From the NCBI GenBank assembly GCA_963692465.1, contig OY829943.1, positions 417,935-481,934 of the forward strand: DNA of 64,000 nt, in the 5' to 3' direction. The notes beneath the pieces were generated by a model. That model was not told where the DNA came from. It did no database searches and worked only from the letters and a program-made list of their open reading frames with translations. Each line of letters begins with the position of its first letter. Positions within the stretch are counted from its first letter, which is position 1. Source of the DNA: Prolixibacteraceae bacterium (GTDB taxonomy: Bacteria > Bacteroidota > Bacteroidia > Bacteroidales > Prolixibacteraceae). The translations under genes and the position numbers were made by a program. Positions 9,988 through 18,020 of this stretch are shown piece after piece.

Positions 9988-11151
9988 TTAACTTTTCTGC
10001 TTAACCTTTTGTCCAGGTTCCATTTGCAAGTCAGCAATGTCCTTTTTTAAAATACTCTTCAAACAACGATAGACTGTTTTTGATTTTGAAAAAACAAAAG
10101 GCAATGGGTCTATTATAATGTAGAATAATGATGTTTTAACTTTTCCTTCTATGTTATTTCTCTCTTTTATCTTTTTAAAGCTACATTTTAAAAAGGACAA
10201 ACTGTCAACGTAACAATTAAATTTATACTTTGGCTCAGTAAAAGGAACATTGACAATAGATAAATACAATAACTGAGGAAAATTTACTCCAACAGACAGT
10301 GAACCTAACAACGAGGCCCAAAAACGAGGATTAATTTCAATAACTTTTATCTCTCCATTTTCTTCATCATAACGAAGATCAATATGAGCGACCCCATTCC
10401 AATTTAGCTTATGCATTAATTCACTTACCACCTTTAAAGTTTCCTGATCAAAGAGAAACTTTATAGTAGAAGACGGCATAAATTCGGATTTTTTCGTTAT
10501 TCCTTGTTGAATAGTATAAGCTAAAATTTTCCCGTCCTTACAAAGAACACTACAGTCAATATCAAACCCTTTAATATATTGCTGTGCGATATATCTTTTG
10601 TTAATTATCCCCTCTGACGCAATAAACTCAAGCAAATTCATTTTAGTATTAAAAAACATTATTCCTTGTCCATTGCTACCCTGAGTTGGTTTAATAAGTA
10701 CTGGAAAAGAAATATTAGAATTAGCAATATTCTTATCCACTGGGATAGTATACGGATGAGGTAAATTATTTTGTTTACTGAATTTGGCGAATAATAATTT
10801 ATCAGAGGCAATATAAAAAGAGTCAATAATAGGAAGAGACGTAAATATCTTTAATTGGTCTAACTTTTCTTTATGTTTATAAACGAACAGGGTTCCTTTT
10901 TCCTGCAATGGGAAAAGGATGATTCTTCCATCTCCTCTTTCCCTAGAAATCGCTATAATGTGATTCAATAAAAATCCTTCATTTTCGACAAAGCAGAAAT
11001 TTTTACAATATCTAGAAAATCGAACATTTGGAAATTTGACATTTGAAAAAAGATATATTTCTATTCCCTCTGTTTTTGATAAACCCGTAAGTACGCTTAA
11101 AGCAAACCCACTTTCACCATCTGGAATAATAATTATATCGTTACTTTTCAT
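9988..11151 (-). CDS. ATP-grasp domain enzyme (COG3919-like), copy 2
   Basis: 387 aa. It has the same conserved blocks as copy 1 (FPVLIKPTQGSNGQGI, DIDCSVLCKDGKILAYTIQ, IKVIEINPRFWASLLGSLSVGVNFP). Confidence 0.75.
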   Translation of the reverse strand: MKSNDIIIIPDGESGFALSVLTGLSKTEGIEIYLFSNVKFPNVRFSRYCKNFCFVENEGFLLNHIIAISRERGDGRIILFPLQEKGTLFVYKHKEKLDQLKIFTSLPIIDSFYIASDKLLFAKFSKQNNLPHPYTIPVDKNIANSNISFPVLIKPTQGSNGQGIMFFNTKMNLLEFIASEGIINKRYIAQQYIKGFDIDCSVLCKDGKILAYTIQQGITKKSEFMPSSTIKFLFDQETLKVVSELMHKLNWNGVAHIDLRYDEENGEIKVIEINPRFWASLLGSLSVGVNFPQLLYLSIVNVPFTEPKYKFNCYVDSLSFLKCSFKKIKERNNIEGKVKTSLFYIIIDPLPFVFSKSKTVYRCLKSILKKDIADLQMEPGQKVKQKS

Positions 11152-11370
11152 TTCTAATAAATTTAATCTGTTTTTACCTTTAAATATTCAATTTCAAAGG
11201 GAAGGTAGGTTAAAAAGGGGGGAGCTATATCTGAAATTCAAGCAACTGTATGAATCTATTTAATAAACAAAAGGAATCCCTCACTTAGTGTATAAAGCTT
11301 TTTCTTAAAAAAAACAATTTTCCTTATTTTCGATTGTTGAAATTTGACTGTACGAATGTAATTAAAGAAG

Positions 11371-12414
11371 ATGAAAAATTTATTCCTTGTATTTGGTGCA
11401 CTATTCTGTTTCTGCTGTTGCACAGACTATCTATCAGGACAGGAGTTCAACAACCCAAGAGTTTCCCAAGACACAATAAGGGTATTGTTTATTGGAAATA
11501 GCTATACGTATACGAATGATCTTCCTCTATTATTAAAAAAAATTGCATCATCTGATGGAAAAACTATTATAACAGAACAAGATACCCCAGGAGGATGCAC
11601 CTTAGAAGGTCACTGGAATTCAGGAGTACCACAAAAGTTGATAAAAAAAGGCAATTGGGATTATATGGTTTTACAAGAACATAGTCAACTTCCTTCTGAA
11701 CCATTGAATGGATTTAATAACAAAGTATTACCTTTTGTAGAAAAGCTTAACAGTCTTTTTAAAAAACAAAATCAAAAAGGGAAGACTATTTTATATATGA
11801 CATGGGGAAGAAAAAACGGAGATTCTGATCGCTGCGGCAAATGCCCAGACGTCTGTTCATATGAAGGAATGGACAGCCTAACTCGTGCTCGTTATTTAAT
11901 ATTAGGAGATAAAATCGAATCATATATTTCACCTGTTGGCGCCATATGGAGATACATTCGAAACAAACATCCAGAAATCGAACTTTATAGCAGTGACTGT
12001 AGTCATCCTTCAATAAATGGATCTTTTGCCGGTGCATTAAGTTTTTATACTATAATTACACAAAAGAATCCTTCTAAAATAGTCTATAACACTTCAATTT
12101 CACCTGCTATTACATCAATGATAAAAGAGGCAGTTGAGAAAATTGCATACGACAGCTTGTATTACTGGAATGTTGGAATAACTGCCTTTTCTTATAAAGA
12201 AAGAGCAAACAATCTGGTCTCCTTTCGTAATCTTTCACGTAATTACGATTCGCTACTTTGGAATTTTGGTGATGGACAAAATTCAACAGAAAAAAATCCA
12301 TCGCACCAGTATCCAAAGAAAGAAGTATACAGAGTCACTCTCTACATAACGAAGAATAACAAAACCAGCTGTTTCTCATCAGATATTTCTACTATTCTTC
12401 GTCGATTAAGATAA
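11371..12414 (+). CDS. Secreted SGNH/GDSL-like hydrolase with C-terminal PKD-like domain, copy 2
   Basis: It has a signal peptide, VLFIGNSY, SDCSHPS and MTWGRKNGDS, as in copy 1. It also has about 80 extra C-terminal residues, WNFGDGQNSTEKNPSHQYPKKEVYRVTLYI (PKD-type motif). Confidence 0.65.
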   Translation: MKNLFLVFGALFCFCCCTDYLSGQEFNNPRVSQDTIRVLFIGNSYTYTNDLPLLLKKIASSDGKTIITEQDTPGGCTLEGHWNSGVPQKLIKKGNWDYMVLQEHSQLPSEPLNGFNNKVLPFVEKLNSLFKKQNQKGKTILYMTWGRKNGDSDRCGKCPDVCSYEGMDSLTRARYLILGDKIESYISPVGAIWRYIRNKHPEIELYSSDCSHPSINGSFAGALSFYTIITQKNPSKIVYNTSISPAITSMIKEAVEKIAYDSLYYWNVGITAFSYKERANNLVSFRNLSRNYDSLLWNFGDGQNSTEKNPSHQYPKKEVYRVTLYITKNNKTSCFSSDISTILRRLR

Positions 12415-12419
12415 CCCTT

Positions 12420-13205
12420 ATGCCAATTGAGATGGAAAATAAGCTGACGAAACGGGATATAATATCAAGAGAATTTCAGATAAAGAAATTCAATGTAAAA
12501 CACATGGTCCCGACGGTCACTCTGACAATAAACGTTGAAGCTGATAATTTGATTCAACGTAAAAAGGATATCAACGGTAATGCTAATTCACCGCACCTGA
12601 CAGTTACTCATATCATTCTGAAAGCGGTTGCTGAGGTCATTGTTAACTATCCGTTGTTATACAGCTTCTTTGATAGGCACAAGATCGTCCCCAATGCCGA
12701 GTTAATTTTGAATATTCCCGTTGCCATAGAAAATCATGTCGAATATGTCTCCATTCATAATGCCGAATCAAAATCATTGGAGGATATTGCAAGTGAATGC
12801 TCGGCTGAGATAGAAAAAATCAATAGGCACGAAGGGGAATTCATGAAATTGTTAGAAAAGATGGATAGGATGTCGGTATTACAAAAAATAGGATTTTACA
12901 TCTTTGAGCTAAAAGGTGCAGTTCCCTTCTTACGAAAATACTACGGTAATTTCCCTGTTTCAAACATCGGTTCTTTTAAGGTCAACAGTGGAACTCTGGC
13001 ATTGTCACAACCGATGGTTTCATCTCTTTGTATTGGCCGCATTACGTCTGTCCTACAAAAGGAGAATGGGAACTTGATTGACAAACTTATCTTGCCATTG
13101 AGTGTTTCATTTGATCATCGGGCCCTTGACGGGGCTTATGCCGGGGCTTTTCTGAATGAATTAAAAGAACATTTGGAAAAACCGGTATTGTCTGAAATTG
13201 AATGA
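12420..13205 (+). CDS. Stand-alone 2-oxoacid dehydrogenase E2-type (CAT-fold) acyltransferase catalytic domain
   Basis: 261 aa. It has the catalytic motif SFDHRALDGAYAGAFLNELKEHLEKP (DHR-x-x-DG) at the C-terminus. There is no lipoyl or subunit-binding domain in the ORF. It starts 5 nt after the stop of 11371..12414. Confidence 0.75.
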   Translation: MPIEMENKLTKRDIISREFQIKKFNVKHMVPTVTLTINVEADNLIQRKKDINGNANSPHLTVTHIILKAVAEVIVNYPLLYSFFDRHKIVPNAELILNIPVAIENHVEYVSIHNAESKSLEDIASECSAEIEKINRHEGEFMKLLEKMDRMSVLQKIGFYIFELKGAVPFLRKYYGNFPVSNIGSFKVNSGTLALSQPMVSSLCIGRITSVLQKENGNLIDKLILPLSVSFDHRALDGAYAGAFLNELKEHLEKPVLSEIE

Positions 13206-13232
13206 GTAAGTGAGTTTTCCGGCAAAATCGTT

Positions 13233-13262
13233 ACAAATTACCAATATGAGTGTATTGGATTT
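13233..13262 (+). repeat. Copy of the last ~30 nt of the ATPase CDS 16604..17803
   Basis: ACAAATTACCAATATGAGTGTATTGGATTT here versus ACAAATTACCAATATGGTGTATAGGATTT at 17766..17793. Confidence 0.7.
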
Positions 13263-13265
13263 GTG

Positions 13266-13289
13266 AAAGCCTATTCGTAGGCTTTTTTT
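13266..13289 (+). terminator. Rho-independent terminator after the glycan tailoring operon
   Basis: Stem AAAGCCT / AGGCTTT with a 6-nt loop, followed by a T-run. Confidence 0.7.
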
Positions 13290-13301
13290 GTTCCTCTATG
13301 T

Positions 13302-13334
13302 TGTCTGATAATTATTGACATGGATAAAATTTCA
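13302..13334 (+). repeat. 33-nt core repeat, copy 1 (TGTCTGATAATTATTGACATGGATAAAATTTCA)
   Basis: An identical 33-mer occurs at 16284..16316, and a copy with 2 substitutions at 18069..18101. All three are in the same orientation. Confidence 0.85.
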
Positions 13335-13341
13335 AGTTGCC

Positions 13342-13662
13342 ATGAAAAACAACAAAGTAATTGACAGATTAAATCAAATCGTTTCTTCTGAACCATCCAA
13401 ATGGCTTGATGATGAAAAAAGAAGAAAAGAGAATCGCGATTGGTTGAATAATTCAACTAAAATCGCCATACGAATACTACGGGCTATAAGAGCTCAAAAA
13501 GAGACGAGAAATATGTCACAAAAAATGCTCGCTGACATAATGGGGGTTAGTCAACAATATATTAGCAAAATAGTAAAAGGGCAAGAGAACCTTTCTCTGG
13601 AAACAATCTGCAAGCTTGAAAAAGCTCTTGGAATTGTTCTTGTTGAGATTCCGAAACTTTAG
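13342..13662 (+). CDS. XRE-family helix-turn-helix transcriptional regulator
   Basis: ORF 13315..13662; the ATG at 13342 (MKNNKVIDRL) is preferred. It has the HTH_3 motif MSQKMLADIMGVSQQYISKIVKGQENLSLETICKLEKALG. Confidence 0.8.
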   Translation: MKNNKVIDRLNQIVSSEPSKWLDDEKRRKENRDWLNNSTKIAIRILRAIRAQKETRNMSQKMLADIMGVSQQYISKIVKGQENLSLETICKLEKALGIVLVEIPKL

Positions 13663-13670
13663 AAGAAACC

Positions 13671-13713
13671 TGTCTCAATGGAATTATCTGTATCGCATGC
13701 TGAAATTGAGACA
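13671..13713 (+). promoter_or_regulatory. 9-bp inverted repeat between the XRE gene and the ATPase gene (operator or weak terminator)
   Basis: TGTCTCAAT (13671-13679) and ATTGAGACA (13705-13713) form a perfect inverted repeat with a 25-nt spacer. Confidence 0.35.
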
Positions 13714-13773
13714 ATGGAATCAGTTACAATTATTTTTGTAATTTTGTCTAAAAGCAAACAATAATATTACACC

Positions 13774-14826
13774 ATGATTAATCGGGTAAATATCAAAAAC
13801 TTTCAGATATTCGATAATTTTCAGATATCAAATTTCACTCCTGTAAATGTTATCATTGGCCGCAATGATTCAGGAAAAACCAGTTTGCTAAAAATACTTT
13901 ATACAGTTACGAAGTCGGTTGAAGAATTTGGTCTAAAGCAACAACATTCTCCCGAATCTTTTAAAAAAATTATCAGTAAAAAAATCCAAAATACGTTTAA
14001 TACACATAAAACCGGGATTGGAAGTCTTGTAAAACGCGGGACAGAAAAGTTATTTTTTGACCTCACTTTTGATAATAACCAGAGCATTCATTTTTCATTT
14101 ACTGACCGAGCAACGGAGAACATTGTTGACTGTTCTGCATCAATCAATAACGTTGATAATTGTTTCAATTCCCTTTTCATCCCGGCAAAGGAGGTTCTTT
14201 CTATTTTCAAAGCAATAGAAACTTCTCGTGGCAGTTTATTTGTCCCTGATTTTGATGATACTTACCTTGACCTTGTTAATGCTCTAAAAATTCCAACGCA
14301 ACAAGGGCGGGTCGAAACAAATCTTCTAAATGTGAATAATATCCTTTCCCATCTTTTTGAAGGAGAGATTCAACAGGTTAACGAGGGATTCGATATCGAT
14401 TTTGTATTTAAAAAGGGAAAGTACGACTTCGCGATGCCGGTAACCGCTGAAGGAATTAAAAAAATTGGTGTTATTACAACACTTATCAGAAATCACCGAT
14501 TAAATAAAAATACAATCCTTTTCATGGATGAACCGGATACTAATTTACATCCGGATGCAATACGTCAGCTATGCGAAATTATTTATGATATCAGTAAAGC
14601 TGGAATTCAGATTTTCCTTTCTTCCCACAATTATTTCCTTATAAAGCAACTCTCTATCATTGCCCGCCGTGAAAAACAATCAATGAATTGTCTCTCTCTG
14701 TGTAATAATGAAGAGCAAAAAACTCAATATTTAATCGCTGATCTTAAAGACGGTATGCCGTCTAATTCAATTATTGACGAAGCATTGAAAATGTTAGATG
14801 ATGAAACTGACATTGATTTAAAATAA
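13774..14826 (+). CDS. ABC/SMC-type P-loop ATPase (AAA_15/AAA_21-like)
   Basis: 350 aa. Walker A VIIGRNDSGKTSLL, signature-like TAEGIKK, Walker B ILFMDEPDTNLHP, H-loop-like FLSSHN. No fused nuclease domain is recognisable. Confidence 0.75.
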   Translation: MINRVNIKNFQIFDNFQISNFTPVNVIIGRNDSGKTSLLKILYTVTKSVEEFGLKQQHSPESFKKIISKKIQNTFNTHKTGIGSLVKRGTEKLFFDLTFDNNQSIHFSFTDRATENIVDCSASINNVDNCFNSLFIPAKEVLSIFKAIETSRGSLFVPDFDDTYLDLVNALKIPTQQGRVETNLLNVNNILSHLFEGEIQQVNEGFDIDFVFKKGKYDFAMPVTAEGIKKIGVITTLIRNHRLNKNTILFMDEPDTNLHPDAIRQLCEIIYDISKAGIQIFLSSHNYFLIKQLSIIARREKQSMNCLSLCNNEEQKTQYLIADLKDGMPSNSIIDEALKMLDDETDIDLK

Positions 14827-14833
14827 TTATCTC

Positions 14834-15199
14834 ATGTCTATTAGCGAAAGTGGTATAACTCTTAATTTTCCGGATAACAATTATTTTCGATTTCAAAATT
14901 GCAAGGCATATCAAAAACTTTCTAATATTCATTTCAATTTTAAAGATAAAAAACCAACAAAAAACTGATCTAAACTTCATTAAAGATCAATATAAAGCGA
15001 TGTTCAGACCTTATGAAAAGCTTTTCAGCATTAAAAGTACAGTAATAAGTCATGATAAGGCTATTGAAAGATTTCAATGGGTAGAATAATATCTACATCC
15101 GATGGAATGGTCTGGATAAAGGGGCATGTAATCGGTAATTACAAATGGTTCTTCATCACTTCAGGCGATGTTTTAGCCGAAAGTTCCAAAAATAAATAG
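14834..15199 (+). pseudogene. Possible frameshifted partner gene of the ATPase (three consecutive reading segments)
   Basis: Segment 1 is 14834-14968 (MSISESGITLNFPDNNYFRFQNCKAYQKL...). Segment 2 continues in another frame from the A-rich run at about 14948-14965 to the stop at 15087-15089 (...DLNFIKDQYKAMFRPYEKLFSIKSTVISHDKAIERFQWVE). Segment 3 is in the third frame, to the stop at 15197-15199 (...DGMVWIKGHVIGNYKWFFITSGDVLAESS). Confidence 0.35.
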
Positions 15200-15298
15200 T
15201 TGGGTATTCGGAAATTAAATTTTCAACAATAACTGTAAAAATTAAACATTGATTTAATTCCATTGTTATTTTTGTATAGAAAAAAAATAAACTGAGCT

Positions 15299-15775
15299 AT
15301 GCCTACATCTTTTACTTCAACAGATTCTCAAGTTTGTATGTGGTTTAACAAATTGATTTCGTCTCTCGTAGGTGATCAAATTGAAATAGAATCAGGGATT
15401 GCTAATAAAGAAAAAAAAGATTTTTACGGGGCGGCTATGAATAGCGATTATTATAGTTTAAGTAGTAATGTTCGCTTACAATCAACACAATTTTTTATTT
15501 CAAGCATGCTAAAAGATTACATTGAAGAAATAAAAAAAAGGAATGCTCAACCGCTTTCTCTTTCATTGAAATTATCTAATTCGAAGATTCTTGCCTGGGC
15601 TATTACAAAAGATGATGACGAAGAAACAGAGAATAAGTTGTATTTGGCTGCTGCTGCAATAAATGCAAAATATTATAAAGAGGGATTTTATATTAGTACA
15701 ACGATTGTTGAAGAGTCGGATAATTACAATGCTCCCGCTCAATATCAACTTCTATTTAGCAATGGCCAACTTTAA
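15299..15775 (+). CDS. Hypothetical protein (158 aa), first gene of an overlapping pair
   Basis: A clean ORF with no motif I recognise. Its stop overlaps the next start by 14 nt. Confidence 0.6.
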   Translation: MPTSFTSTDSQVCMWFNKLISSLVGDQIEIESGIANKEKKDFYGAAMNSDYYSLSSNVRLQSTQFFISSMLKDYIEEIKKRNAQPLSLSLKLSNSKILAWAITKDDDEETENKLYLAAAAINAKYYKEGFYISTTIVEESDNYNAPAQYQLLFSNGQL

Positions 15776-16250
15776 TGAACATTTAAATCAAGCACAAAGC
15801 AATCTTTCTTTTTTACGGGAGATTAATAGTTTATCTAACCATTATTGGGATTGGCAGGTTACTACATGTTTTTATGTTGCGGTTCACCTCATTAATGCTT
15901 ATATCGCGGATAAATCTAACATGCATTATCGTAGTCACGAGGATGTAGCCCAGGCAATAAATCCGTATAATCAATTGTCTCCATTAAAAGTGACTGATGA
16001 AGTATACGTATCATATTGTAAACTTCAAAATTTATCTCGTCGGGCCCGTTATTTAATAAATGACAACATGAAAAATCGAGAAACAAATGGGCACTTTACT
16101 TCTGATAAACACTTTATTAAAGCATTAAAAAGTTTAGATAGAATATTAGATTTCTTCATCAAAAAATACCCTTCAGAATCTTTTGACACATTAGATTTAC
16201 ACTGCATGGAAGGAAAGAAAACATCTTTTGCCTATTTCCAGATTTTATAA
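15762..16250 (+). CDS. Hypothetical alpha-helical protein (162 aa), second gene of the overlapping pair
   Basis: ORF 15663..16250. The ATG at 15762 (MANFNEHLNQAQSNL) is preferred because upstream of it the frame runs inside the previous CDS. It contains one R-x4-H spacing (RETNGH). An internally deleted ghost copy lies at 17938..18020. Confidence 0.6.
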   Translation: MANFNEHLNQAQSNLSFLREINSLSNHYWDWQVTTCFYVAVHLINAYIADKSNMHYRSHEDVAQAINPYNQLSPLKVTDEVYVSYCKLQNLSRRARYLINDNMKNRETNGHFTSDKHFIKALKSLDRILDFFIKKYPSESFDTLDLHCMEGKKTSFAYFQIL

Positions 16251-16363
16251 AATGTAAGTGTTAATCTTTTTGTTGTTTAGAAATGTCTGATAATTATTGA
16301 CATGGATAAAATTTCAGAAAAAAATGTGAACTCCGATATTGTTGGCACTGAAAATGGCACTGT
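16235..16363 (+). repeat. ~130-nt direct repeat, copy 1 (3' end of CDS 15762..16250 plus downstream sequence; contains core copy 2 at 16284-16316)
   Basis: It aligns by eye, with a few substitutions and 1-nt indels, to 18020..18163. Confidence 0.85.
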
Positions 16364-16603
16364 TGCGTTCTTCGTTAACGGAGGAGTAATGATATCTTGA
16401 TATTAAATTTGTTGAGAAGGGAACAAGAAACGGAAAGAAATTTTTTATTGAAAGTACCAATGTAAGCAGGTTCTTCAGACAATATCACATGAACAAATAC
16501 AGCAAAAAAATATCAATAACGCTGCATGCAAACAGCATTTTTAAACTAATATTGCTGAACACAAACAGCAAATAAGTATATTTGCCACATTAATACAACA
16601 AAT

Positions 16604-17803
16604 ATGGAAACTCTATTTGCTAAACAAGATCGCTTGCTAAAACTGACTTCTACAAAAATAGTTCGTGAACTGATGAAACAGATTCATTGGGAAACTCAAC
16701 TGATCGCAATCCGAGGAGCACGAGGTGTAGGAAAAACAACACTTATGTTGCAATATATCAAACTAAACTATCCGACTTATAGTAGGGAAGTTTTGTATTG
16801 TACGATGGATTCTGTATTCTTCTCAAACCACAGTTTATTGGATTTAGCAGATACTTTTTATAAAAATGGTGGCAAGAGATTATTTTTAGATGAAGTTCAT
16901 AAATACCCTACATGGAGCAAGGAGATAAAGGAAATCTATGATATGTACCCTGATCTGCAAATCGTATTCAGCGCATCATCACTTCTGCAAATTCTAAACG
17001 GGGATGCTGATTTGTCCCGTCGATGTATCCCATACACGATGCAGGGACTTTCTTTTCGGGAATTCTTCCTGTTCTATAAGAATATTGAACTACCGATATA
17101 TTCGTTAAAAGATATTTTATCTTTCCCTGAGAAACTATGTGCTGAAGTAAACGATAAATGTCATCCATTGCCTTTCTTCAAAGAATATCTCCAATATGGA
17201 TATTATCCTTTTTATTTGAGAAATCAATTGGACTATTACACCAGCATAGAGCAGATAACGAACTTTATTATAGAAACAGAATTGACATTGCTGTGTAAGG
17301 TTGATGTGGCAAATGTACGTAAGCTGAAAGCATTGTTAGGAGTATTGGCAACTTCGGTGCCTTTCGAAGTGGATATTTCTAAATTGGCAACAACAATAGG
17401 AGTACACCGGAATACAGTGATTTCTTATTTGTATGATATGGATAAAGCTGAATTGATAAATATGTTATTTTCAGATCTTTTGTCGGTAAAGAAAATGCAG
17501 AAGCCGGATAAGATTTATTTAGATAACCCCAATTTGCTTTATGCGTTGGCTTCACAGCCTGTTAAAAAAGGAACAGTCCGAGAAACATTTGTTGTCAACC
17601 AATTAGCATATTTGCATCAGATAGAGTATGGAAAAACAGCCGGTGATTTTAAGGTGGATGGTCAATATTTTTTTGAAGTAGGCGGTGAAAACAAGACATA
17701 TAAACAGATTGCAGATGTGCCTGATTCATATATTCTGGCTGACAATATAGAAACTCCTTATCATCACAAATTACCAATATGGTGTATAGGATTTCTTTAT
17801 TAA
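16604..17803 (+). CDS. AAA+ ATPase with DUF4143-type C-terminal domain (COG1373 family)
   Basis: 399 aa. Walker A IRGARGVGKTTLM, Walker B RLFLDEVHKYPTW, and a C-terminal winged-helix/DUF4143-like region. Confidence 0.8.
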   Translation: METLFAKQDRLLKLTSTKIVRELMKQIHWETQLIAIRGARGVGKTTLMLQYIKLNYPTYSREVLYCTMDSVFFSNHSLLDLADTFYKNGGKRLFLDEVHKYPTWSKEIKEIYDMYPDLQIVFSASSLLQILNGDADLSRRCIPYTMQGLSFREFFLFYKNIELPIYSLKDILSFPEKLCAEVNDKCHPLPFFKEYLQYGYYPFYLRNQLDYYTSIEQITNFIIETELTLLCKVDVANVRKLKALLGVLATSVPFEVDISKLATTIGVHRNTVISYLYDMDKAELINMLFSDLLSVKKMQKPDKIYLDNPNLLYALASQPVKKGTVRETFVVNQLAYLHQIEYGKTAGDFKVDGQYFFEVGGENKTYKQIADVPDSYILADNIETPYHHKLPIWCIGFLY

Positions 17804-17823
17804 TATCCTATCAAGCGTTTTAT

Positions 17824-17879
17824 TTAAAAGAACGTTTGGAAAAACCGGCATTATCTGGAATTGAATAAGTAAGTTTTCC
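17824..17879 (+). pseudogene. Ghost of the 3' end of an E2-type acyltransferase gene
   Basis: It still reads LKERLEKPALSGIE-stop, versus LKEHLEKPVLSEIE-stop at the end of CDS 12420..13205 (nt 13161-13220). The flanking GTAAGT..GTTTTCC is also shared. Confidence 0.75.
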
Positions 17880-17937
17880 ATAAGCATTCAGAGACGTACT
17901 CCCCATTCACAGATAGATCGAATAATTAATGTAGCCA

Positions 17938-18020
17938 CATTATTGGGATTGGCAGGTTACTACATGTTTTTATGTTGCAATTCACCTCATTAATGCTTAT
18001 ATCGCGGATAAATCTAACAT
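17938..18020 (+). pseudogene. Ghost (5'-truncated, internally deleted) of a second copy of CDS 15762..16250
   Basis: It matches 15839..15922 with 2 substitutions. It then joins directly to the sequence homologous to 16235 onward, so about 0.3 kb of the gene is missing. Confidence 0.8.

Noticed and set aside
7742-11370. The two ATP-grasp genes as a microviridin/graspetide-type RiPP cluster.
   Set aside because: I translated both strands of the flanking gaps (8897-9142, 11152-11370). I found only ORFs of 8-22 codons, with no leader/core-like sequence (no PFFARFL-type or T-x-K-x-P-S-D-type motifs). There is no transporter, and the proteins are of the longer COG3919-like type embedded in a glycan locus.
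15663-15761. The long form of the second gene of the overlapping pair (ORF-track start 15663).
   Set aside because: This stretch lies entirely within the better-supported upstream CDS in another frame. The ATG at 15762 gives the compact 14-nt overlap typical of coupled pairs.
16302-16399. A 32-codon ORF starting inside the 33-nt core repeat (MDKISEKNVNSDIVGTENGTVAFFVNGGVMIS).
   Set aside because: The equivalent frames in the other two copies terminate after 14 and 8 codons, so the reading frame is not conserved between copies.
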